Assembly: GCA_949065595.1 (NCBI GenBank)
Contig: CARSXK010000003.1
Coordinates: forward strand, 714 to 64,713
From: an uncultured Bacilli bacterium
Lineage (GTDB): Bacteria > Bacillota_I > Bacilli_A > RF39 > UBA660
Direction: 5' to 3'
Length of the DNA stretch: 64,000 bases
This document shows positions 40,909 through 51,325 of this stretch, piece by piece. Both the position numbers and the translations under genes were made by a program. The notes beneath the pieces are model-generated. The model saw only the letters and a list, made by a program, of their open reading frames with translations. It made no database searches and was not told where the DNA came from. The stretch's first letter is position 1; every line of letters begins with the position of its first letter.

Positions 40909-42198
40909 ATGATAGATATTAAATTTTTGAGGGAAAACAAAGAATTAGTAAAGGAAAATATTAAGAAAAAATTTCAAGATGAGAAATTACCTTTGGTAGA
41001 TGAGGTAATTGAGTTAGATCAAAAAATTAGAGAGTTAAAGATGGCAGGAGACAATTTAAGACAAGAAAGAAATGCAACAAGTGATGAAATTGGTGTTTTG
41101 TTTAGAGATAAGAAAGTTGAAGAAGCAAATGCAAAAAAGCAAAGAGTTGTAGAAATTAACAATCAATTAGAAAACATTGAAAAAGAAGAAAGTGAATTAT
41201 CTGAAAACTTAAAAAGTAAAATGATGTTCATTCCAAATATCATTGATGAAAGTGTCCCTATTGGAAAAGATGATAGTGAAAATGTAGAAATCGAGAAATT
41301 TGGAGAGCCATTTGTAAGAGACTATGAAATACCATATCATGCAGATATTTGCGAAGCATTAGGTGGTCTTGATAAGGATAGTGCAGGAAGAACAAGTGGG
41401 AATGGTTTTTATTATTTAGTAGGAGATATTGCACGATTACATGAAGCAACAATTGCATATGCCAGAGATTTCATGATTAACAAAGGATTTACATATGCTA
41501 TACCACCATTTATGATTCGTAGTGATGTGGTAACTGGGGTTATGTCTTTTGCAGAAATGGACGCCATGATGTACAAAATTGAAGGAGAAGATTTATATTT
41601 AATTGGTACCAGTGAACATAGTATGATTAGTAAGTTTAAAGGACAAATGATTGATGAAAAAGACTTACCGATTGCTTTGACTTCTTATTCGCCTTGTTTT
41701 AGAAAAGAAGTAGGCGCACATGGTCTTGAAGAAAGAGGATTATATAGAGTTCACCAATTTGAAAAACAAGAAATGGTAGTTCTATGTAAACCAGAGGATG
41801 CTATGGAATGGTATCATAAAATGTGGAGTTATACAGTAGAATTCTTTAGAAGTATGGGATTATCGGTTAGAACATTAGAATGTTGTAGTGGGGATTTGGC
41901 AGATTTAAAAGTGAAATCTTGTGATGTAGAAGCATGGAGTCCAAGACAACAAAAATATTTTGAAGTTGGTTCTTGCTCAACTTTAGGGGATGCTCAAGCA
42001 AGAAGATTAGGAATTCGAATGAAAACTAAAAATGGTAATCAATATTTGGCAACACTTAACAATACAGTAATTGCGAGTCCACGGTCTCTTATTGCCATAC
42101 TTGAACAGTGTTATCAAAGTGATGGTAGCGTAATCATTCCAAAGGTTTTACAACCTTATATGGGTGGTTTAGAAGTTATTAAACCAAAACAAAAATAA
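40909..42198 (+). CDS. serS: Serine--tRNA ligase
   Basis: N-terminal coiled-coil arm plus class II core. Start at ATG 40909 (MIDIKFLREN), the typical SerRS N-terminus. Confidence 0.9.
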   Translation: MIDIKFLRENKELVKENIKKKFQDEKLPLVDEVIELDQKIRELKMAGDNLRQERNATSDEIGVLFRDKKVEEANAKKQRVVEINNQLENIEKEESELSENLKSKMMFIPNIIDESVPIGKDDSENVEIEKFGEPFVRDYEIPYHADICEALGGLDKDSAGRTSGNGFYYLVGDIARLHEATIAYARDFMINKGFTYAIPPFMIRSDVVTGVMSFAEMDAMMYKIEGEDLYLIGTSEHSMISKFKGQMIDEKDLPIALTSYSPCFRKEVGAHGLEERGLYRVHQFEKQEMVVLCKPEDAMEWYHKMWSYTVEFFRSMGLSVRTLECCSGDLADLKVKSCDVEAWSPRQQKYFEVGSCSTLGDAQARRLGIRMKTKNGNQYLATLNNTVIASPRSLIAILEQCYQSDGSVIIPKVLQPYMGGLEVIKPKQK

Positions 42199-42549
42199 TA
42201 AATAAATTTATTGTCTAAAAAAAATATATCAGCTATTATTTAGTCCATACGTTATCAATAAATAGTGTAATTAGAAATGGATAAGAACATTTTTCGAAAA
42301 TCTATACTAAAAATGTTATATATTAAATTACTTTTTATCGTTTATTAAGGATGAGTTTAATCAATATAAATAGAAGAAATTAAGTTTGGTAGTGTTAGAG
42401 ATAATCACATCATATATATAAATTTTTTGGTCTCTTAATTATGCCGATAGCAAATGCAATTCAGTTAAATCATTACATTACACATTTTACTTAAAAAACT
42501 TATTCTGCATTTTTGTACTCGATTATATATCTCATAAGATGGAGGGATT

Positions 42550-43188
42550 ATGGCTAAATTAAACTATGATCATTTATTACAATACATAAATGAAGCAAAT
42601 AAAATAGGAACAGGAAAAGAAGTAGATGTTTATCAATATCAAGATAAAGTAATTAAACTTTTTCACAATGAAAGGAAGACCCCAATTCCTAGAATATCTG
42701 ATGAGGGTCTTATTATGTTAACGAAGTTGGAATTGTTTTGTTTTAATCAGCCAATTGATATTATATATCAAGAAGATAAAATTGTTGGATATACGGAAAT
42801 GTTTTTAGAAGAAAAGGAAATAAATGTTGAGCTGATTGATTTTAGTGATATCAAGCATGATTTAATTACTTTAAGTGAGAATGGTTTTTGTATAGAGGAT
42901 CTATTTTATAATTATATTTTTACGGATCAAAAGTTTGTATTTAATGATTTGACAAGTTATCATTATTTAAAAACAGATATTCCATTTTTAAAAATTCAAA
43001 ATTTAAGAAAGAATACGATTATAATGAATAATTTTTTAATTGGATTTTTACTATTTGATGCTTTCAGAAAAGGAATGCCCAATGAATATACAAAAATGTA
43101 TTTGGCAAATGAATACCGGAAGAAACATTGTGGTGATACATTTTATGGGGATGTGATTCAACAAAAACAATCTTCTTTCAAAAATTAA
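42550..43188 (+). CDS. Hypothetical protein with a protein-kinase-like N-lobe signature (possible small atypical kinase or pseudokinase)
   Basis: IGTGKEVDVYQY..KVIKLF resembles a Gly-loop plus VAIK lysine. GATGGAGGG RBS. Confidence 0.4.
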   Translation: MAKLNYDHLLQYINEANKIGTGKEVDVYQYQDKVIKLFHNERKTPIPRISDEGLIMLTKLELFCFNQPIDIIYQEDKIVGYTEMFLEEKEINVELIDFSDIKHDLITLSENGFCIEDLFYNYIFTDQKFVFNDLTSYHYLKTDIPFLKIQNLRKNTIIMNNFLIGFLLFDAFRKGMPNEYTKMYLANEYRKKHCGDTFYGDVIQQKQSSFKN

Positions 43189-43479
43189 GTTATCAGAAAG
43201 TTTTTTACAATGATTTTTGAAAGTGATATGTTAGATTTAATGAATTAGACTTATTTCCTTTGAGATAACAAAAGGGAAATAGGTCTTCTTTATGTTAATC
43301 AGTTTATATCAAGTGTTGCTCTATTTCCATAAATACCAAGCAGTAAAATATAAAATGTAATCATGCATTGAATATAAAGTAAATTTATGGAAATTCATAA
43401 CTCTTTTTTCTTTGTTTACATATAGTTATAATAGAATTGTATGTTATTATAAGAATAGTGAAGATAGGATGTGATTATA

Positions 43480-44700
43480 GTGAAAAGGTATTTCATCTGT
43501 ATTTTCTTTTTTCTTTTTTTAGGTGTCGAGGTAAAAGCCTTGGAACTGAATAGTGAATATATCGTTTTATACAACTTAAATGACAATCAAGTTGTTTATG
43601 AAGTACAAAAAGATGAGATGACAAGTATTGCCAGTTTAACCAAAATTATGACTACTTTAGTTGCGATTGAACAGATATCAGATTATGACCAATCAATCAT
43701 AATCCGTAAAAATATGTTCGTTGGTCTAGAAGAAGCTGATGCGGCTGTCATTGGATTAAAAGACAAACAAAAAGTAACCTACAATGATTTACTATATGGT
43801 ATGTTTTTGGCAAGTGGGGCAGATGCAACTAGAGCAATTGCCATTTCTCTTGTAGGAAGTGAAAAAAATTTTGTTACACTCATGAATCAAAAGGCAAGAG
43901 AATTGGGGTTAAATCACACCCATTTTGTCAATGCCATAGGATTAGATGATGACAATCACTATTCTACAGTAAACGATGTAGCTGAAATATTGAAAAAAGC
44001 CTTTGAAAATGAAAAATTCAAAGAAATCTTTATGACTGAATCCTATACATTTTCGGATCACTCTATGACAGTAACTAGTACTTTTAAAAAAACAGCTAAA
44101 AACTATCAACTTCCTTATGATTTCATATTGGGGGCAAAAACAGGATACACTGGGGATGCTGGTAGATGTCTTGCCTCTATCGCATATGATAAAGAAAACG
44201 AAATAACATATTTATTAGTTACAACAGGCGCACCAAGTAGTCCCAAACATATTATGGATGCTGTGAATATATATCATTATTATTTTAATCATTATAAGTA
44301 TTATCCATTGGTTGAAAAAGGAGATACCATTGTAACCTTAAGAACAAAATATTCAAAAGATAAACAGGTAGAATTTCATGCACCCAAAGAGCTTACCAAA
44401 TACGCAAATCATCCGATTGAAAAAGAAGATATTATATTCGAATATAATGGAAAATCTATCATTACGCCCAATATGAAACAAGGAACTAAATTGGGAGATG
44501 TCAATGTGATATATCATAATGAAATTATAGAAACTTTTGAGATCGTTTTATCTTCTTCTATTCCATTTTCCTTATTTTCATTTTTAGTAGCAAATCGATT
44601 CTTTTTCATCATAGGTATTCTTTTGATTCTTTGTACTGTTTTTGTCATTCAAAAAATAATAACAAAGATGCATAGAAAAAAATCTGTATTTGAAAACTGA
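43480..44700 (+). CDS. D-alanyl-D-alanine carboxypeptidase (S11 peptidase, DacB/DacF-like)
   Basis: SxxK (ASLTKIM), SGxD (LASGADA), KTG (GAKTGYT). Signal peptide. The start is probably GTG 43480, 8 nt after a GGATGTGAT SD-like motif. The ATG at 43471 lies inside that motif. Confidence 0.8.
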   Translation: MKRYFICIFFFLFLGVEVKALELNSEYIVLYNLNDNQVVYEVQKDEMTSIASLTKIMTTLVAIEQISDYDQSIIIRKNMFVGLEEADAAVIGLKDKQKVTYNDLLYGMFLASGADATRAIAISLVGSEKNFVTLMNQKARELGLNHTHFVNAIGLDDDNHYSTVNDVAEILKKAFENEKFKEIFMTESYTFSDHSMTVTSTFKKTAKNYQLPYDFILGAKTGYTGDAGRCLASIAYDKENEITYLLVTTGAPSSPKHIMDAVNIYHYYFNHYKYYPLVEKGDTIVTLRTKYSKDKQVEFHAPKELTKYANHPIEKEDIIFEYNGKSIITPNMKQGTKLGDVNVIYHNEIIETFEIVLSSSIPFSLFSFLVANRFFFIIGILLILCTVFVIQKIITKMHRKKSVFEN

Positions 44701-44768
44701 AATGGTTTTATAATATATTGTGAATCATATACTATTCTAAAGGATTAACACTCGTAGAAAGTGGTGGT

Positions 44769-45254
44769 TTGACATTGAAAAATGATTATACTTTGGATTT
44801 TGTAATACCATCTGGGCCTACAGGACCAACAGGACCTGCTGGCTTGCCAAGCTTATGCTTTGTAAAATTTGCAGATATTACATCATCAGGAAATATGACT
44901 ATTGATGAAACCAAAATTTTTCCGAATGGGACCAGTGATTATATAGTCACTTCTGATACTGTTACCATTCAAGAATCTGGAAACTATGAAGTAACATTTT
45001 GTGGAAAAATAGATACAAATAGTGCCAATACAGTAGTTGAAGTAAAATTAATGGGTGAGATGTCAGGTACTACTATGGAGTTACCAGGTATGTCTGGCAA
45101 ATGGAAAGATGGAACACAGATGATTCATTTTTCACAAACGAGTGTTTATCAATTTCAAAGTACTATGGTCTTTCATGTTGTTGTAACCCTAGCAGCGTCT
45201 ACTAATTTTCAAGTGAGTGCGATTAACTTAATCATTAAAAAATTGCCATTTTAA
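44769..45254 (+). CDS. Small BclA-C-terminal-domain / C1q-TNF-like protein with a mini collagen-like GPTGPTGPAG motif
   Basis: TTG start after GGTGG. GPTGPTGPAG triplets. TIQESGNYEVTFCG jelly-roll-like segment similar to the BclA CTD (TVQENGVYYISV). Confidence 0.55.
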   Translation: MTLKNDYTLDFVIPSGPTGPTGPAGLPSLCFVKFADITSSGNMTIDETKIFPNGTSDYIVTSDTVTIQESGNYEVTFCGKIDTNSANTVVEVKLMGEMSGTTMELPGMSGKWKDGTQMIHFSQTSVYQFQSTMVFHVVVTLAASTNFQVSAINLIIKKLPF

Positions 45255-45279
45255 ATCAAAGAATATGAGGTGTGATCAA

Positions 45280-45777
45280 ATGAATAGAAATGATACTTAT
45301 GTTTTAGATTTTGTAATACCACAAGGTCCTTTTGGGGCAATGGGGACCCCTAATTTAGAAAGTCTATGTTTTGTTTCTTTTGATTCTATCACATCCCAAA
45401 ATCATATCAGGATAAATCATAGTATTCTGCTTCCTGAAAATTCTAATTTTTATCATTTAACAGATCAAACCATTACGATTGTAGAAGCTGGTATTTACGA
45501 AATCACATTTTGTGGTGTGATAGATGAAAATGTAGATCAACAAGATATTGGGATTTGGTTGAGGAGTGAGAGTTTAGGTGTAACTACAAATTTACCCGAA
45601 ATGTATGGAAGATGGAACAGTGGAACCCAAAATTCTTATTTTTCACAAACGAGTATATTTTCATTTGATGAACCACAAACTTTAAGTCTTTTCATTGAAG
45701 TACCTGGTACAACTAATTTTTCAATTCAATTTGTTAATTTGGTGGTACGAAAGTTACCATTTTCGGTTTCAACATAA
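45280..45777 (+). CDS. Paralog of the preceding BclA-CTD/C1q-like protein
   Basis: Shares the LDFVIP, SLCFV, TI.E.G.YE.TFCG, FSQTS and NL..+KLPF blocks with 44769..45254. GAGGTG RBS before ATG 45280. Confidence 0.55.
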   Translation: MNRNDTYVLDFVIPQGPFGAMGTPNLESLCFVSFDSITSQNHIRINHSILLPENSNFYHLTDQTITIVEAGIYEITFCGVIDENVDQQDIGIWLRSESLGVTTNLPEMYGRWNSGTQNSYFSQTSIFSFDEPQTLSLFIEVPGTTNFSIQFVNLVVRKLPFSVST

Positions 45778-45910
45778 ACAGACTAATACCTATAAAATAA
45801 TATAGTTTATTTATAAAAAGTATATAAAATGGATACTTTTCTTTTGTTTTTGTGATATACTAAATCTCATGTAGCCATATATTTCATATACTATAAGAGG
45901 ATGTGATGTT

Positions 45911-46798
45911 ATGCATATAACGGCGAAGGCTTTACTTAAAAGTTTTTTTGTCAATTTATTTTTATCGATTATAAAGGTAGTGATTGGCTTTTTTGGAAAA
46001 TCAAGTGCACTCATTGCAGATGGAGTGCATTCTTTTAGTGATTTATCCACTGATGCAGTTGCGATTTTTGGAGCTAGATACGCATTAAAACCAGCGGATA
46101 AAGAACATCCTTTTGGGCATGGTAAAGTGGAATACTTGACTTGTTTGATAATCGGCTTGGTGGTTCTATTATTGGGCCTAGAAATTATTGGGACTGCCTT
46201 TCAAAGTAAATATATTGTACCAGCACGTATTGTTATTTTAGTAAGCTTACTTACAATTGTTGCCAAATTTTTATTGTCCACTTATTTATGTAACATGGGA
46301 AGAAAGCATAACAATGTAATATTGTTAGCAAGTGGAAAAGAAAGTAGTATGGATGTGATTAGTTCTATTTTTGTACTGCTTTCTAGTATATTGATGCAGC
46401 TATCAAAAACGTATTCTATACTGAAATATTCCAATGTCATTGCAACCATCATTGTGGGTATTTTAGTGGTTAAAACAGGATTTGATATCATGAAGGATAA
46501 TATAAGTTCTATTATTGGAGAACAAGCAAGTGATATGAATCAGAAACAAATGATTGCTGTTTTAGAAGAAAATGAAGCAGTCGACCATGTCGATCAATTT
46601 GTTGTCATTAAAAATGGCCCTTATTTTCAAATTACTGGAGAAATTAGTATGAATGAGACATTATCTTTAAAAGAAGTACATGAAGTTGTGGAACATTTAG
46701 AAAAGAAATTAAAAGAGTTGGATAATCGTGCAATGTATATTACGATTCACGTCAATCCAAGTAAAGACTTATCGGTAGAGGAATTAAAAGCAAATTGA
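45911..46798 (+). CDS. Cation diffusion facilitator (CDF) family transporter
   Basis: SALIADGVHSFSDL and HPFGHGK motifs. Six TM helices plus a C-terminal cytoplasmic domain. Confidence 0.85.
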   Translation: MHITAKALLKSFFVNLFLSIIKVVIGFFGKSSALIADGVHSFSDLSTDAVAIFGARYALKPADKEHPFGHGKVEYLTCLIIGLVVLLLGLEIIGTAFQSKYIVPARIVILVSLLTIVAKFLLSTYLCNMGRKHNNVILLASGKESSMDVISSIFVLLSSILMQLSKTYSILKYSNVIATIIVGILVVKTGFDIMKDNISSIIGEQASDMNQKQMIAVLEENEAVDHVDQFVVIKNGPYFQITGEISMNETLSLKEVHEVVEHLEKKLKELDNRAMYITIHVNPSKDLSVEELKAN

Positions 46799-46850
46799 CA
46801 AATAAAAACCTTTTATATATAATACAAATATTATCGAAGTAGGGGATGTT

Positions 46851-47921
46851 ATGGTAAAGGTATTACAAATTGGAATGTGTGAAAAAGGTGGCGTAGAAAC
46901 CTTGATTCTTAATCATTACAACCAAATTGATTTGGAACAATATTCCTTTGATTTTGTTCGTATGATAGAACATATTGCATATGAAAGAGAGATAGAATCA
47001 TTAGGTGGACATATATATTCTGTTGCGAATTCCAGAAAAAGTCCACTTTGCTCTCTTTATGAAATTCGAAATTTAATTACGAAAAATGGGTATGATGTTG
47101 TACATATCCACATTTCTCATTTTGCGGATATCGTTCCATTATTGGCTGCAAAAATATCTGGGTGTAAGCATATTATTTTGCATGCTCATAATAATGGAAT
47201 GGAAGGAAGACTACAAAGTAAATTACATGCATTAAATCGGTTGATTACATCTCAAATGAAAATACAGCGTTTAGCTTGCTCTAAAAGTGCGGGAAAATGG
47301 ATGTTTGGTAAAGCCTCCTTTGATATATTTGAAAATGCTATACCAACACATTTATTTTATTACAATGAAAAAATGAGAAAAAAGATGCGAAAAGATTTGA
47401 ATCTTTCAGATGACTCTTTTGTAATTGGAACAGTTGGTAGACTAGATCCACAAAAAAATCAATCTTTTTTAATTCACACTTTTGCCCAGTATGTAAGGAC
47501 AAATCCCAATGCTTATTTACTGATAGTAGGAAGTGGGGCATTGGAAGGACAACTTCATAGATTGGTATATAATTTAGATTTAGGCTCAAAAGTGATATTT
47601 ACTGGTTTTCAAGAAGCGGTTGCCCCTTATTATCAAGCAATGGATGCATTTTGCCTTCCAAGTTTATATGAGGGTTTTGGAATTGCTGGGATAGAGGCAC
47701 AAATGAGTGGGCTTCCTTGCATTTTTTCAAAATTTTGTGTTGATGAAGTAGATATTAGCCAAAAGTCTATATTTTTGTTACTAGATGAAATTAGTTGGGT
47801 CAATCAATTGGAACAAATTCAGTTGCAACAAAATCAATGGGATCGAAATATTTATCCTAGTGGTTATGATGTAAAAGAAAATGTGAAAAAATTAGAGAAA
47901 CTATATTCCAAGAGAATTTAA
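46851..47921 (+). CDS. Glycosyltransferase family 4 (GT-B fold)
   Basis: EGFGIAGIEAQMSGLPCI (E-x7-E region). Confidence 0.8.
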   Translation: MVKVLQIGMCEKGGVETLILNHYNQIDLEQYSFDFVRMIEHIAYEREIESLGGHIYSVANSRKSPLCSLYEIRNLITKNGYDVVHIHISHFADIVPLLAAKISGCKHIILHAHNNGMEGRLQSKLHALNRLITSQMKIQRLACSKSAGKWMFGKASFDIFENAIPTHLFYYNEKMRKKMRKDLNLSDDSFVIGTVGRLDPQKNQSFLIHTFAQYVRTNPNAYLLIVGSGALEGQLHRLVYNLDLGSKVIFTGFQEAVAPYYQAMDAFCLPSLYEGFGIAGIEAQMSGLPCIFSKFCVDEVDISQKSIFLLLDEISWVNQLEQIQLQQNQWDRNIYPSGYDVKENVKKLEKLYSKRI

Positions 47922-47993
47922 GTCTCTTTTTTCTTTTTTAGTTCTTTTAACAGAATATTATTTATGATAAACTATAATCTAGGATGTGATGTT

Positions 47994-48815
47994 ATGCCAG
48001 AGTTACCTGAAGTAGAAACCATCAAAGAAACATTGAAAAAAAGATTGAACGGACATACCATAGTTGGAATATCTATCAGATATCCAAATTTGATTGAATA
48101 TCCAAGTATTTCCGAGTTTGAAAAGCAGATTGTGGGACAAACCATTCATAATTTAGAGCGAAGAGGAAAATGGATTTTGTTTGAATTGGATCATTACTAT
48201 TTACTTAGTCATTTACGAATGGAAGGAAGATATCTATTTCGGTACCCTAATGAACCCATTGATAAGCATGAACATATATCCTTTTTACTCGAAGATGGGA
48301 TGGAACTTCGTTATAAAGATACCCGTAAATTTGGACGTATGCATTTAATTGAAAAAGAAAAATTATATGAACAAAAACCATTGTCAGAATTGGGTTTGGA
48401 GCCATGGGATAACCAATTAACAGGACACTATTTACAAGAAAAATTGAAACTGAAATCTATTCCCATCAAAACCAGTTTGTTGGATCAAGGGATTGTGACA
48501 GGAATTGGAAATATTTATGCGAATGAAATCCTATATTTGAGTAAAGTAAATCCACTTAAGGCTAGTAATCAATTACCGGTTAAAACATTGGATACTATTA
48601 TACAAAATACAAGGAAAGTATTAGAAGAAGCCATTCATCAAGGTGGAACCACCATTCGCAGTTATGAAGTAAGCGAAGGAGTTCATGGAAAATTTCAACA
48701 GCATCTGCATGTTCATGGAAGACAAGAAGAAATTTGTTCAATCTGTGGCAGTATTATTATCAAAATAACGGTTGGAGGAAGAGGTACTTATTATTGCCCC
48801 AATTGTCAAAAATAG
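47994..48815 (+). CDS. mutM: Formamidopyrimidine-DNA glycosylase
   Basis: N-terminal MPELPEVE. C-terminal zinc finger C..C...CPNCQ. Confidence 0.9.
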   Translation: MPELPEVETIKETLKKRLNGHTIVGISIRYPNLIEYPSISEFEKQIVGQTIHNLERRGKWILFELDHYYLLSHLRMEGRYLFRYPNEPIDKHEHISFLLEDGMELRYKDTRKFGRMHLIEKEKLYEQKPLSELGLEPWDNQLTGHYLQEKLKLKSIPIKTSLLDQGIVTGIGNIYANEILYLSKVNPLKASNQLPVKTLDTIIQNTRKVLEEAIHQGGTTIRSYEVSEGVHGKFQQHLHVHGRQEEICSICGSIIIKITVGGRGTYYCPNCQK

Positions 48816-48827
48816 AAAGAGGACATT

Positions 48828-50987
48828 ATGAATCAAGAAATTATCAAAACAATGAGTGAAACATTGAAAATCAAAGAAAAACAAGTAGTAGCAACATTAC
48901 AACTGTTGGAACAAGGAAATACCATTCCTTTTATTGCTCGTTACCGAAAAGAAGTAACTGGAGCACTTGATGAGGAACAAATTCGGCAAATTGAAGAAGT
49001 GTATACATATCAAGTTAATTTACAAAAACGAAAAGAAGATGTCATTCGTTTGATTGAGGAAAAAGAAATGATGACAGAAGAATTACGTATCAAAATTCTA
49101 TCAGCAGAAAAATTGGTGGAAGTGGAAGATTTATATCGTCCTTATAAAGAAAAGAAGAAAACCAAAGCGACGGAGGCCATTGCTTGCGGATTAGAGCCAC
49201 TTGCGAAAATGATATTATCTTTTCCAATTCAAGGAAGTTTAGAAGAGCTTGCCAGTCGTTTTCTAACGGACAAAGTCTTTACAATCGCTGCTGCTTTAGA
49301 AGGGGCAAGTTATATCATTGCAGAATGGGTAAGTGATAATGCTTATTACCGTAAATGGATTAGAAATGATATGTACCACAATGGGATGATTGTATCCAAA
49401 AAGAAAAAAGACGCAGAAGATGACTTAAAAACATATGAGATGTATTATGATTATCAAGAGGCTGTCAAACAAATCAAACCACATCGTGTCCTTGCTCTTA
49501 ATCGTGGGGAAAAAGAAAAAGTACTTTCTGTTTCCTTGGAATTTGATACCCAACCTATTTTAGAATTTTTGGAATCCAAAATGATCAAAAAAGGAGAATC
49601 ATTTGTTTGTCCTTTGGTAAAAGAAGCAATCAAAGATGGATTCAAACGATTGATTGCTCCTTCTATTGAACGAGAAATACGTACAGAATTAACAGAAAAA
49701 GCAGAGGAAGTAGCAATTCATAATTTTGGGGCCAATTTGGAAAAATTGTTATTACAACCACCAATGAAAGATAAAATGGTTCTAGGGTTCGACCCTGCTT
49801 ATCGTACTGGTTGTAAACTTGCAGTGATTGATCCAACTGGAAAGAAACTTGCCATTCAAGTGATTTATCCACACGAACCTAAAAATGAGTACGAAAAAAG
49901 TAAACAAACGGTATTACAATTAATTGATCAATATCAAATTGATATTGTAGCTATTGGAAATGGAACTGCTAGTCGGGAAAGTGAGGCTTTTATGGTAGAT
50001 GTCATCAAAGCAGCAACCCGTAAAGTAGAATATGTTATTGTAAGTGAAGCAGGGGCTAGTGTTTATTCTGCATCTAAATTAGCCATTTCTGAATTTCCCG
50101 ATTTGCACGTAGAAGAACGAAGCGCGATTAGCATCGGAAGAAGATTACAAGATCCACTTTCAGAACTGGTTAAAATTGATCCAGAAAGTATTGGTGTGGG
50201 TCTTTATCAACATGATGTTTCCAATAAACGATTGACAGAATCTTTGGATTTTGTTGTCAGTAAAGCGGTGAATCAAGTGGGTGTCAATATCAATACAGCA
50301 AGTCCTAGTTTGCTCAAATATGTATCTGGTATTACCAAAAAACATATTGATAAATTAATTGACTATAGAGACACCCATGGAAAATTTTTGTCTAGGGAAG
50401 AATTGCAAAAGAAAAAATTATTAACCGATAAAGTTTATGAACAAGCAATTGGTTTTTTAAGAATACCCGATGCAGAAAATGCGCTTGACCGAACAGGAAT
50501 ACATCCTGAAAGCTATTCTGTTGCCAGTGCTTTATTAGATTACATGGATTTATCTTTTGATGATATTGGAACCAATCATTTGATTCAAAAATTAGATTTG
50601 ATAGATACCAAACAAATCGCAGATACTCTAAAGACGGATTGTTATACAGTAGAAGATATCATTGAAAATTTGAAAAAACCAGCACGTGACCCGCGTGATA
50701 ATATGCCTGCTCCTATTTTAAAAAGTGATATTTTACATATTGAAGATTTACAGGTGGGTATGAAATTACAAGGTACGGTTCGCAATGTTGTCGATTTTGG
50801 AGTGTTTATTGATATTGGACTTAAAAATGACGGGCTTGCACATATATCAAAATTAACCAATCGTTATATCAAACACCCGATGGAAGTTGTAAGTGTTGGA
50901 GATATTGTAGATTGTTATGTAGAACAAATCTTTTTGGATAAAAATAAGGTATCGTTATCGTTATTGGAACCATCAAAGACGGTATAA
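48828..50987 (+). CDS. tex: Transcription accessory protein Tex
   Basis: Tex N-terminal HTH (TIPFIARYRKE), YqgF-like and HhH segments, C-terminal S1 domain. Confidence 0.9.
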   Translation: MNQEIIKTMSETLKIKEKQVVATLQLLEQGNTIPFIARYRKEVTGALDEEQIRQIEEVYTYQVNLQKRKEDVIRLIEEKEMMTEELRIKILSAEKLVEVEDLYRPYKEKKKTKATEAIACGLEPLAKMILSFPIQGSLEELASRFLTDKVFTIAAALEGASYIIAEWVSDNAYYRKWIRNDMYHNGMIVSKKKKDAEDDLKTYEMYYDYQEAVKQIKPHRVLALNRGEKEKVLSVSLEFDTQPILEFLESKMIKKGESFVCPLVKEAIKDGFKRLIAPSIEREIRTELTEKAEEVAIHNFGANLEKLLLQPPMKDKMVLGFDPAYRTGCKLAVIDPTGKKLAIQVIYPHEPKNEYEKSKQTVLQLIDQYQIDIVAIGNGTASRESEAFMVDVIKAATRKVEYVIVSEAGASVYSASKLAISEFPDLHVEERSAISIGRRLQDPLSELVKIDPESIGVGLYQHDVSNKRLTESLDFVVSKAVNQVGVNINTASPSLLKYVSGITKKHIDKLIDYRDTHGKFLSREELQKKKLLTDKVYEQAIGFLRIPDAENALDRTGIHPESYSVASALLDYMDLSFDDIGTNHLIQKLDLIDTKQIADTLKTDCYTVEDIIENLKKPARDPRDNMPAPILKSDILHIEDLQVGMKLQGTVRNVVDFGVFIDIGLKNDGLAHISKLTNRYIKHPMEVVSVGDIVDCYVEQIFLDKNKVSLSLLEPSKTV

Positions 50988-51002
50988 CGGTCTTTTTTTT
51001 TT
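50975..51002 (+). terminator. Likely terminator after tex
   Basis: Short AT-rich hairpin AAAGAC...GTCTTT followed by an 11-T run. Confidence 0.45.
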
Positions 51003-51025
51003 CATATAATGAAATAGGTGATGTT

Positions 51026-51325
51026 ATGTTCCAAAACTTTCAAATGAAAGAAGTCTTTTTATGTTATACTTATCAAGTGGCAAATGATGAATATGTAGAT
51101 ACTTATGAAATGCAAAGAAGAGGTGAAAAAATTGTATCTACTTTTATACAACGATTTTATTTAGATCGATTGGGAAAAGAACGAACCATTGAAAATTTAC
51201 AGGGACGAGGATATTTATCCATGGAAGAATTTTGTCAAAAATATCAGATACTTTCATGTGATATTATGGAAGAAAAAAAAGAGGGATTTATGAAATCACT
51301 CTTTCGAAAGGGAGAAAAACATTAA
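51026..51325 (+). CDS. Hypothetical small protein
   Basis: ORF with an AGGTGATGTT SD-like motif. No recognised motif. Confidence 0.45.
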   Translation: MFQNFQMKEVFLCYTYQVANDEYVDTYEMQRRGEKIVSTFIQRFYLDRLGKERTIENLQGRGYLSMEEFCQKYQILSCDIMEEKKEGFMKSLFRKGEKH

